The position numbers and the translations under genes were made by a program. The notes beneath the pieces were generated by a model. It was not told where the DNA came from, made no database searches, and saw only the letters and a list, made by a program, of their open reading frames with translations. DNA of 63,331 nucleotides, counting the filler, from Octopus bimaculoides (lineage: Eukaryota): NCBI RefSeq assembly GCF_001194135.2. It is 4 parts of 4 records of this genome, joined end to end, with 100 filler letters (N's around TTAATTAATTAA, not from the genome) between each part and the next. Parts side by side here need not be neighbours in the genome. Positions count along the whole stretch, not along the records: positions 1 to 15,680 come from NC_068998.1; positions 15,781 to 32,658 come from NC_069002.1; 2 more parts are not named here. One strand, given 5' to 3'. Below are positions 12,994 to 23,099 of this stretch, in pieces (positions within the stretch are counted from its first letter, which is position 1; every line of letters starts with the position of its first letter).

Positions 12994-13406
12994 NNNNNNN
13001 NNNNNNNNNNNNNNNNNNNNNNNNNNNNNNNNNNNNNNNNNNNNNNNNNNNNNNNNNNNNNNNNNNNNNNNNNNNNNNNNNNNNNNNNNNNNNNNNNNNN
13101 NNNNNNNNNNNNNNNNNNNNNNNNNNNNNNNNNNNNNNNNNNNNNNNNNNNNNNNNNNNNNNNNNNNNNNNNNNNNNNNNNNNNNNNNNNNNNNNNNNNN
13201 NNNNNNNNNNNNNNNNNNNNNNNNNNNNNNNNNNNNNNNNNNNNNNNNNNNNNNNNNNNNNNNNNNNNNNNNNNNNNNNNNNNNNNNNNNNNNNNNNNNN
13301 NNNNNNNNNNNNNNNNNNNNNNNNNNNNNNNNNNNNNNNNNNNNNNNNNNNNNNNNNNNNNNNNNNNNNNNNNNNNNNNNNNNNNNNNNNNNNNNNNNNN
13401 NNNNNN

Positions 13407-13750
13407 AGCAAATCGACCCCAGGACTTATTCTTTAGAAACCTAATACTTATTCTATTGGTCTCTTTTGCCGAACCGCTAAGTTACGGGGACATAAACACA
13501 CCAGCATCGGTTGTCAAGCGATGTTGAGGGGACAAACACAGACACACAAACACATACACACATACATATATATATATACACATATACGACGGGCTTCTTT
13601 CAGTTTCCATCTACCAAATCCACTCACAAGGCTTTGGTCGGCCCAAGGCTATAGTAGAAGACACTTGCCCAAGATACCACACAGTGGGACTGAACCCAGG
13701 ACCATGTGGTTGGTAAGCAAGCTACTTACCACACAGCCACTCCTACGCCT
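13407..13750 (-). mobile_element. SINE family A (antisense, intron 1)
   Basis: Reverse complement of the family A consensus from the head (aggcgtaggagtggctgtgtgg) to the gap. Confidence 0.9.
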
Positions 13751-14011
13751 AATTATTATTCAACCTTCTCTTTTTCGTTCATCTTTTTGCGAGAGTGGAA
13801 TCAGCTTCTATATTCCTTCTCTGTCTGAAGAAAGATAACTATATGAAATGTGGGGGTTTTTTCATTCCCTAACACAAGTCAACTCACTGTACTTTACTTT
13901 AACTTTTAGCTACAAATGCTTATTGATGAATTTTTTTTCCAACAGACGTTTGTGTTGTTTTCTGTTTTTTTGTTTTTTTAAATTTTTTTCTCTCTCTTTC
14001 TTCTTTTGCAG

Positions 14012-14126
14012 TTGATTTAGTTATTCATCATCTTCATAGTCTAGATTTATCAAAGGGATGTGTTAAAGCTTGTGAAGAAAATGTTGCTGGAATTGGTGAA
14101 TTCTTTTGTGAAGCTGCCTGCAAAAT
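14012..14126 (+). CDS. Coding exon 2 of predicted peptide precursor (His-rich helix plus CX3C-X11-CX3C)
   Basis: Long polypyrimidine tract and TTGCAG acceptor. Phase-1 join gives IDLVIHHLHSLDLSKGCVKACEENVAGIGEFFCEAACK with no stop. Donor AT|GTACGT; alternative donor TAC|GTCAGT at 14130/14131. Confidence 0.75.
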
Positions 14127-14184
14127 GTACGTCAGTTTACTTACATAACAAGAAGCAAACAACTCTTAATATTATTATTATCAC

Positions 14185-14645
14185 AAGACAGCAAGCTGGC
14201 AGAAACGTTAGCACGCCGGGCGAAATGCTTAGCAATATTTCGTCTGAGTTCAAATTCTGCCGAGGTCGACTTTGCCTTTCATCCTTTCGGGGTCGATTAA
14301 ATAAGTACCAGTTACACACAGGGGTTGATATAATCGACTTAATCCATTTGTCTGTCCTTGTTTGTTCCCTCTGTGTGTAGCCCCTTGTGGGTGGTAAAGA
14401 AATAAGAAACGTTAGCATGCTGGGCGAAATGCTTGGCAGTATTTTGTCTGTCTTTATGTTCTGAGTTCAAATTCTGCTGAGGTTAACTTTGCCTTTCATC
14501 CTTTCGGGGTTGATAAATTAACTACCAGTTGCATACTGGAGTCGATCTAATCGACTAGCACCCTCCCCAAAAATTTCAGCCCTTGTGCCTAGAGTAGAAA
14601 AGAATATTATTATTATCACTATTATTATCATTATTATTATTATTA

Positions 14646-14676
<31 letters not shown>

Positions 14677-15350
14677 CATTATTATTATTATTATTATTAT
14701 CATTATTATCATTAAGAAGGTGGCAAGCTGGCTGAATCATTAGCACACTGGACAAAATGTTCTGCAGCATTTTGTCTGTCTTTACATTTTGAGTTCAAAT
14801 TCTGTCGAGGTCGACTTTGCCTTTCATTCTTTTGGGGTTGATAAAATGAGTACCAGTGAAACAATGGGGTCAATATGATCAACTAGTCCCTTCTCACCAA
14901 ATTTTTGTCTGTCTTTATGTTCTGAGTTCAATTTCTGCCGAAGTCGACTTTGTCTTTCATCCTTTTATGGTCGATAAAATAAGTACCAATTATGTACTGG
15001 GGGTCAATGTAATTTACTATACCCCTCCCTCAAAATTCAGGCCTTGTTCCTATAGTAGAAAGGATTAAACTTACACCCTCCCCCAAAATTGCTGGTCTTG
15101 TGCCAAAATTTGAAGCCATAATTACTATTATTAAGGCAGTGGTCTGGCAGGCTCATTTGCATACTGGATAAAACGTTTTGAGGCATCCCATCCATTCATA
15201 ATGCCTTGAGTTCAAATTTCACTGAGGTCGAATTTGCTTTTCGTCTTTTCATGGTTGATAAAATAAGTACCAGTGAAACACTGGGGGTCAATGTAATCAT
15301 CTTACCTTCTTCCCTCAAATTGCTGGCCTTGTGCCAAAAGTTGAAATCAA
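14185..15350 (+). mobile_element. Tandem pile-up of about 5 SINE family B copies (intron 2)
   Basis: Repeated gagttcaaattc...gaggtcgactttgcctttcatcc...aagtaccag blocks at about 14185, 14407, 14716, 14905 and 15133, with an (ATT)n tract at about 14605-14712. Confidence 0.9.
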
Positions 15351-15412
15351 TATGTGTTTGAGCTGTAAGTAATTTTGAAACTGGTCAATATAATTTCTTT
15401 CTTTTTCTTTAG

Positions 15413-15449
15413 CCTCTTACAAAGCACTCACTCTACTGCAAGTCCTTGA
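15413..15449 (+). CDS. Coding exon 3 (terminal) of predicted peptide precursor
   Basis: tttctttctttttctttAG acceptor. Phase-2 join gives (I)LLQSTHSTASP-stop; the phase-0 alternative gives PLTKHSLYCKSLKEDTANG-stop at 15472. AATAAA follows about 110 nt downstream. Confidence 0.6.
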
Positions 15450-15560
15450 AAGAAGACACAGCAAATGGATGATTTGGTCATCAGTTACTTCTTGACAAAG
15501 AAAATGGTGGAAATAATAGAAACACCAAAACTGTTTCCACAAAATGCTTCTTCAAGTTTG

Positions 15561-15570
15561 AATAAATAAA
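15561..15570 (+). promoter_or_regulatory. Polyadenylation signal (overlapping AATAAA x2)
   Basis: aataaataaa downstream of the exon 3 stop codon. Confidence 0.55.
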
Positions 15571-15724
15571 CAATTTTTCAAAAATTAATGACTCATTTCG
15601 TGCTTTGTTTTATTTATTTGTTTACGACAAGAATCATCATCATCATCATCATCGTTTAACGTCTGCTTTCCATGCTAGCANNNNNNNNNNNNNNNNNNNN
15701 NNNNNNNNNNNNNNNNNNNNNNNN

Positions 15725-15736
15725 TTAATTAATTAA
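15725..15736. other. Assembly gap spacer TTAATTAATTAA (also at 32703-32714 and 52193-52204)
   Basis: Identical 44N+12nt+44N = 100-nt layout at three sites. The 12-mer is palindromic and has stops in all six frames. Confidence 0.95.
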
Positions 15737-15996
15737 NNNNNNNNNNNNNNNNNNNNNNNNNNNNNNNNNNNNNNNNNNNNATATATATATATATATATAT
15801 ATATATAAATCAATTTACGAAGGCATCATTTATTCTATCATTATCCAATGTAACCATTTTAAGAATGATAGTAACAGAATAATGATACAGGCGGCAGTAG
15901 GCCAAAAAATAGCATTAAATAACCGAGGAATTAAAATTAATCAAAGAACATACCAAGCATGTCTACCTGCTTGGAATAACAGTCAAAACAAGGACA

Positions 15997-16167
15997 AACA
16001 AACGGATTAAGCCGATTACATCGACCCCAGTTCGTAACTGGTACTTATTAAATCGACGCCGAAAGGATAAGTTGACCTCGGCGGAATTTGAACTCAGAAC
16101 GTAGCGGCAGACGAAATACCGGTAAGTATCTCGCCCGGTGTGCTAACGATTCAGCCAGCTCGCCGCC
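15997..16167 (-). mobile_element. SINE family B
   Basis: Reverse complement matches ggcggcgagctggctgaatcgttagcac...gagttcaaattccgccgaggtcaac. Confidence 0.9.
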
Positions 16168-17373
16168 ATTTTACCACACAGCCACACCTGCGCCTATATA
16201 ATTATTATAGTAACATATTTCTACCTGTTACATTTTTATAATTTATTTGTTTCATGAAAAACTTGAATAATCTTTCATTCAAAGTTATGAGCAGAGCAGA
16301 ATGAATGTACTTGATTGATATTTTATTAGTAGTTTCCACTTGTCACAAAATTCTGTGTGATGGTGTGTGTGTATATATAAACACCTACACAGCTATACGT
16401 TTCTGTTTACGAACCCGCTGGAGACAATATCACGGACTTATCTGTGATACCCTGGCAAACACAGTGTATCCAGTCGTAGAATATATTATATTTATAGCTT
16501 TATTACTATGAACTTTGATTTTAATTTTTAGTGTTTTCTTATTAGGTGTATTTATAAAACATTATTGTGAGCGTGTGTGTGCATGTGTGTGTATGAGTGT
16601 GCGCACGTGTGAATGGGTGTGCATGTGTGTGTGTTTGAGTGCGTGTTTGTATATGTGTGCGTGCTTGGGTGTGTGTGTGTGTGTGTGATCGTGTGTGTAT
16701 GTGTGCGTGTTTGTATATATGTGTGTGCTTGCGTGTGTATGTGTGTGTGTGTGGTATTCTTGAGTGTGTGCATGAGTGTGCGCGCGCTTGTGTGTGTGAG
16801 TGCGTGTGTAAATTCACATACAGATGCACATTCATAAAAATATACTCCTACTCACTCGTGTAATCCACACAAACACACACACAACGCACAGACCTCACAC
16901 AGACACACAGATACGCACGAATACAGAGACACACAAACTAACCAACAATGAGAGCGCACTTATCTGATAGGGCCAGCCATTAAGAGTGATTCCGAGGTTG
17001 ATACCAGCTGTCACTATCGTCAAACACAGGGAAGCACTTAGACCCAGCCCCTTCTCCTGCACTGTGCTCTACACCACAGCTCCCAACATCATCACTATCA
17101 CCAATGTCGGCAACATTAGTACCAGCATCACAGCCGTCACCACCGTCGTAGCCAACATCATCATCACCACCACCATCGCCGCAACATCATCATTTCCATC
17201 ATCACTACCTTCAACACCATCACAATCATCACTATCGTCATCACCACTGCCCATGTCGAATATTTTCATAACATCATCATCACTGCCTTAATCACTATTA
17301 CTAACAACAGCAGAATCATCGCCACCATCAACAACATCACTGACACAACAATCATCACCGCCATATTGTTGTT

Positions 17374-17833
17374 GTTGGCACTCCGTCGCTTACGACGCCG
17401 AGGGTTCCAGTTGATCCGATCAACGGAACAGCCTGCTCGTGAAATTAACGTGCAAGTGACTGAGCACTCCACAGACACGTGTACCCTTAACGTAGTTCTC
17501 GGGGATATTCAGCGTGACATAGTGTGACAAGGCTGACCCTTTGAATTACAGGCACAACAGAAACAGGAAGTAAGNNNNNNNNNNNNNNNNNNNNNNNNNN
17601 NNNNNNNNNNNNNNNNNNNNNNNNNNNNNNNNNNNNNNNNNNNNNNNNNNNNNNNNNNNNNNNNNNNNNNNNNNNNNNNNNNNNNNNNNNNNNNNNNNNN
17701 NNNNNNNNNNNNNNNNNNNNNNNNNNNNNNNNNNNNNNNNNNNNNNNNNNNNNNNNNNNNNNNNNNNNNNNNNNNNNNNNNNNNNNNNNNNNGCGAGTCC
17801 GCTGCCCTAACCACTGGACCATTGCACCTCCAC
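17374..17833 (-). mobile_element. tRNA-derived SINE family E (gap inside)
   Basis: Reverse complement is near-identical to 31151-31508; tRNA-like head tggtccagtggttagggcagcggactcgc. Confidence 0.9.
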
Positions 17834-18224
17834 ATCACCGCCATAACCCCATTACTAATTATCGCCATCACCCATCCCGCTTAACACAGGTCCTCACCTT
17901 TGTACAAAAAGATTATTGTAGTTTTTTCTACAAACCTCAGGTAGACCTTGACCTTGAGAATGGTACTGGGTAGACAGAAACTGTTTAGAAGTCGACCAAA
18001 TGTGTGTGTGTGTGTGTGTGTGTGTGTGGAGGGGATGCTTTTGATTTATAAGGCCACTCTTATCACTCATTGTAATAAGGCTAATTCTGACTGAGGATTA
18101 CGTTACGAGTACACATGTCTGTGGAATGCTCAACTACTTACACATTAATTCATTAAGTTAGATGTTCAGTTAATTGTAGATTCATTCAGAAACAAGTTTG
18201 TATATGCATTTGCATGTGTACACA

Positions 18225-18266
<42 letters not shown>

Positions 18267-18851
18267 ACATACACACACAAATGGAGGGTGCATCTGTGCA
18301 TAATAAAGCACAAGGAACAACATAAACCAATAGGACACGGAACAATACGAACGAACCGAAGCAGAGACTCCCTCATATCAGCTGCTCACTGGCGATTTTG
18401 GCTCGGTGCATGAACAACAGTATCATTCACTTCAGTGTGCCAAGGTGTTTAAAGAAAACGCTATCAGGGAATGGTGTAATAAAGACAGGGCCACAAAAAA
18501 AGACAAGGTCATCGAGGCATGTGGTCGTGAGCATAGTATCACGTGAAAGGACAACAAATATACAGAAATATGCGAAAAATTATACACGACAAATATTTAA
18601 GTCTGTCAGCTTACCAAAACGGAAACCGAAAATGTTCCGCGCTTTCGGCTGAGATAAACAGATTTCTACATTTTACTGATTATTTCATATCTTTATATCA
18701 AACAATATTCTATTTTAACAGCTTTTGAATATTTCAATTATTCATTCTCTTTATAAATATATTCCATATTGGATTATCTCGAAACAACACGACTACAACG
18801 AATTATAATTCCAATCGATTCAGGTCTTTTGTGAACAATTCTTTCTTAAAT

Positions 18852-19245
18852 AGGCGCAGGAGTGGCTGTATGGTAAGTAGCTTGCTTACCAACCACATGG
18901 TTCCGAGTTCAGTCCCACTGTGTGGTACCTTGGGCAAGTATCTTCTACTATAGCCTCGGGCCGACCAAAGCCTTGTGAGTGGATTTGATAGACGGAAACT
19001 GAAAGAAGCCCGTCGTATATATGTATATGTATATATATATGTGTTTGTGTGCCTGTGTTTGTCCCAACAACATCGCTTGACAACCGATGCTGGTGTGTTT
19101 ACGTCCCCGTAACCTAGCGGTTCGGCAAAAGGGACCGATAGAATAAGTACTAAGCTTACAAAGAATAAGTCCTGGAGTCGATTTGCTCGACTAAAGGCGG
19201 TGCTCCAGCATGGCCGCAGTCAAATGACTGAAACAAGTAAAAGAG
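18852..19245 (+). mobile_element. SINE family A, full length
   Basis: Complete head-to-tail copy: aggcgcaggagtggct...gactgaaacaagtaaaagag. Confidence 0.95.
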
Positions 19246-19706
19246 CAAGTAAGTGTGAAAACAAGAATTCTTTTCTCACATAAACACAAACGTCAATTAA
19301 TTTCATTGGCGATTAATACTGTATCTTATACAGGGCACCGAATAAAAAAACTTTTATCTCTTCACAGTAACAACCGCAGAAGAAAAGAAAAAGAGAATAA
19401 CGTTGTCTTGTCCCGAACCTTTCCAAACATTCGTCAGGGAAACGCCGTCTCCCCCAAAACAAATCATAAAGAAATGAAACAATTACAGTCCGCCCTTACT
19501 GATCGTTGTTGTTATTGTGTTCTTAACATGTGCACTTCAGTGAAACGATGTAACGTGAAACTAATTATGCTACAGGTTCAACGATATAGACTAGAATGAC
19601 GTTCCTACAGAATATTTCAAGTAACAAAACAAAACAAAAAAAAAAGAATCACACAACTTTTAAATAAAGACTCAAAGCATATTTTACGTTGGGTTTAATT
19701 TTAGGC

Positions 19707-19828
19707 ACCCCCAAGGCGATGAAGGGCAAAGTCTATCTCCACGAAATTTGAACTCAGAACGCAAAGACGGATGAATTATCGCTAGCTCTTCATCCTGCAA
19801 GCTAACAATTCTACCATCTCGCCGCCTT
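19707..19828 (-). mobile_element. SINE family B (partial, head-to-head with next copy)
   Basis: Reverse complement gives aaggcggcgagatggtagaattgttagc...ctgagttcaaatttc. Confidence 0.8.
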
Positions 19829-19859
19829 CGGATCATTAGTTGCTATTAAACATTGAAAT

Positions 19860-20078
19860 AAGGCGGCGAGCTAGCAGAACCGTTAGCACGCCGGGTTAAA
19901 TACTTTGTAGTATTTCATCCGACTATGTTCTGAGTTCAAACACCACCGTGGTCGACTTTGCCTTTCATCCCTTCGGGGCCGATAAAATAAGATCCAGTTG
20001 AACACTGGGGTCGATGTAATCGACTTAGCCCCTCCTTCGAACTTGCCGGCTTTGTACCAAAATTTGAAATCAATATTA
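19860..20078 (+). mobile_element. SINE family B
   Basis: aaggcggcgagctagcagaaccgttagc...gtaccaaaatttgaaatc. Confidence 0.9.
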
Positions 20079-20210
20079 ACCATTGAAATAGATGTGTTTT
20101 ACAGCCATTAAAAGAAGATTAATAACAACTGCAAAATGATGATTATTTACTTCAAAAACGTCTTACATTTGTGATGAATATTTTTTTCTTCTGCATCATT
20201 TCTTGCAGCA

Positions 20211-20675
20211 GGGTACACCAGGCACATGCATCACAACTATATGTGCGCTACGTGGTGATCTCATATCAAAGTAAACAAAGCATGACTTTGCAGGTGGGAT
20301 CCAGTTAGAATTTTCTTCAGGTCGCGTGGCCCATCCCGCCTAAAAGGTCCCTGAATAAAGTTTGTTTGAGGCTAGTGAACGAAACACCCATGCTCCCAGA
20401 GGTAAATTATTAAAAACCCCAAAAATTATTCTCAACACATGGCTATGATGCTCCCCACTACTTCTGCTCGTGATCAGAGATGCACATATCGTCAGCCACT
20501 AAGGGACATGATCAACTGGTTAAGGTCAAGCAACTGACAAGCAAATCTGTGGTATTGAGTAGAATATTTGCTGTAGCCCATCTTTCACACCAAGACAAAA
20601 CATGTACACGATAGCACTCCCAATCAGTTAATATCAGAAGCCATGAGAGCCACTGCCTGGTATTGCATCAGGGTA
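20211..20675 (+). repeat. Interspersed repeat family F (second copy at 55952-56269)
   Basis: 20211-20440 aligns closely with 56041-56269 (gggtacaccagg...ctcaacacat). Confidence 0.85.
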
Positions 20676-20747
20676 TGATACTGCATCAGGGCATAGTACT
20701 ACACCAGAGCATGGTACTGTATCAGGGCATGGAACTAGATCAGGGCA
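20658..20747 (+). repeat. 18-bp minisatellite, 5 units (consensus tggtactgcatcagggca)
   Basis: Units start at 20658, 20676, 20694, 20712 and 20730. Confidence 0.9.
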
Positions 20748-21026
20748 TGGTGCTGCATGGCAGCTGTCAAATAACTGAAACAAGTAAAAGAATAAAAGAA
20801 TAGTGTATCTAGAACTACAAGGTGAAGTATATCCTTTCCTTTGGTTAGATTGTGATTTGAGGGAGATTTAGATGTTATTTCTAGCATACTAACCGACAAC
20901 ATCGAAACCGTCAAGTAGGTCTGAGGTGGATGACCAGATATGAACAAATCTTTCCAGTCATGACTACCTCTTATTTTTATACATATTTCATTATTGCTCA
21001 CAGGGGTCCAAAGATAGCGGGGACGA

Positions 21027-21287
21027 ACAAGGACAGATAAAGGGATTAAGTCGATCATATCGACCCCAGTGCGTAACTCGGTACCAAAAGCACTACATAA
21101 AACATAAATGAAAAGTGGTGCCCATCAATTCAGAAGGATCCCGTAACTGGTACTTATTTAATCGACCCCGAAAGGATGAAAGGCAAAGTCGACCGCGGCG
21201 GAATTTGAACTCAAAACGTAACGGCAGACGAAATACCGCTAAGCATTTCGCCCGGCGTGCTAACGGTTCTGCCAGCTCGTCGCCCTT
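21027..21287 (-). mobile_element. SINE family B with a 57-bp insertion
   Basis: Family B consensus on the minus strand, interrupted at 21085-21141. Confidence 0.9.
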
Positions 21288-22372
21288 CCTAATTTTACGT
21301 AACGACACCGACACCACCCAATCTGTCCCTTTACTTTTAAGGCAGGGTAATGTGATTTGAGGAAGATTTAACTACTATCTTTAGTAGATTAGCAATCGTG
21401 TTAGAGATTATCACGTTCGCAGGTCCATAAATAAGTTGNNNNNNNNNNNNNNNNNNNNNNNNNNNNNNNNNNNNNNNNNNNNNNNNNNNNNNNNNNNNNN
21501 NNNNNNNNNNNNNNNNNNNNNNNNNNNNNNNNNNNNNNNNNNNNNNNNNNNNNNNNNNNNNNNNNNNNNNNNNNNNNNNNNNNNNNNNNNNNNNNNNNNN
21601 NNNNNNNNNNNNNNNNNNNNNNNNNNNNNNNNNNNNNNNNNNNNNNNNNNNNNNNNNNNNNNNNNNNNNNNNNNNNNNNNNNNNNNNNNNNNNNNNNNNN
21701 NNNNNNNNNNNNNNNNNNNNNNNNNNNNNNNNNNNNNNNNNNNNNNNNNNNNNNNNNNNNNNNNNNNNNNNNNNNNNNNNNNNNNNNNNNNNNNNNNNNN
21801 NNNNNNNNNNNNNNNNNNNNNNNNNNNNNNNNNNNNNNNNNNNNNNNNNNNNNNNNNNNNNNNNNNNNNNNNNNNNNNNNNNNNNNNNNNNNNNNNNNNN
21901 NNNNNNNNNNNNNNNNNNNNNNNNNNNNNNNNNNNNNNNNNNNNNNNNNNNNNNNNNNNNNNNNNNNNNNNNNNNNNNNNNNNNNNNNNNNNNNNNNNNN
22001 NNNNNNNNNNNNNNNNNNNNNNNNNNNNNNNNNNNNNNNNNNNNNNNNNNNNNNNNNNNNNNNNNNNNNNNNNNNNNNNNNNNNNNNNNNNNNNNNNNNN
22101 NNNNNNNNNNNNNNNNNNNNNNNNNNNNNNNNNNNNNNNNNNNNNNNNNNNNNNNNNNNNNNNNNNNNNNNNNNNNNNNNNNNNNNNNNNNNNNNNNNNN
22201 NNNNNNNNNNNNNNNNNNNNNNNNNNNNNNNNNNNNNNNNNNNNNNNNNNNNNNNNNNNNNNNNNNNNNNNNNNNNNNNNNNNNNNNNNNNNNNNNNNNN
22301 NNNNNNNNNNNNNNNNNNNNNNNNNNNNNNNNNNNNNNNNNNNNNNNNNNNNNNNNNNNNNNNNNNNNNNNN

Positions 22373-22410
<38 letters not shown>

Positions 22411-22667
22411 GCACACACTCATTCTGTCTCTATTTCTGTATATTTTCCATATCATGTTTACGTTTATAGATTTTCCATAGGAATACGTCTTTGTAAACAA
22501 TGAGATTGAATATAGAAAAAAAAATTATTAATGAATGTATATGCATATTTCAAGGGTTATTACCCTTTTATCACCACCTCATCTAACCCATCAACTATTA
22601 CGAATATTTTGCTTAAATACCCACAAGATATAGCGGTGTAATACTGTTGAATACAGTAGCCCTTGGC

Positions 22668-23060
22668 TGATGGATGGGAACTTGAAACGAATGACCTAAA
22701 CGATAATTATAGCCGCCCAGGAACAAACCATTAGAACATATCTGATCAAGGCAAAGATGGACAGAATTCAGTCAAACAGCAAAGGAATCTACAGGAAAGG
22801 AGACAAAAGCATTAATCACCTTTTCAGTGAGTGCAGTGTACAAGCACAAAAGGAGTATAAGCGCAAGCATGACTGTGTGCGCAAGAAAAAAAGAGTTTAT
22901 TTAGACGTTAGCTGAATATGTAGTTTCAGAAATATAAAAAGTGGTATGAAGACGAAGTAGAGGCTGTGAAAGAAAATGAGAATTACAGGATTTTGTGAGA
23001 CTTCTCCATAAAGACTGACCATACTATTGAAGAAAGAAGACCAGATATGTGGGAGAATAT
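22668..23060 (+). mobile_element. R4/Dong-like RLE LINE fragment (zinc knuckle plus start of RLE)
   Basis: IAAQEQTIRT, NHLFSECSVQAQKEYKRKHD and ENENYRIL*DFSIKTDHTIEERRPD motifs. Confidence 0.8.
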
Positions 23061-23099
23061 ACAAAAAATAACAACAGACGAGGACAGGTGGTGTAAATA

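Noticed and set aside
12685-13527. 280-aa mucin-like secreted ORF in the ORF track
   Set aside because: After codon 31 it reads through a perfect splice donor into a trinucleotide microsatellite, an N gap and a SINE. Only the first exon is credible.
15725-15736. Recurrent palindrome TTAATTAATTAA (three sites)
   Set aside because: It is always centred in a 44N+12+44N block and gives six-frame stops, so it is an artificial scaffolding spacer.
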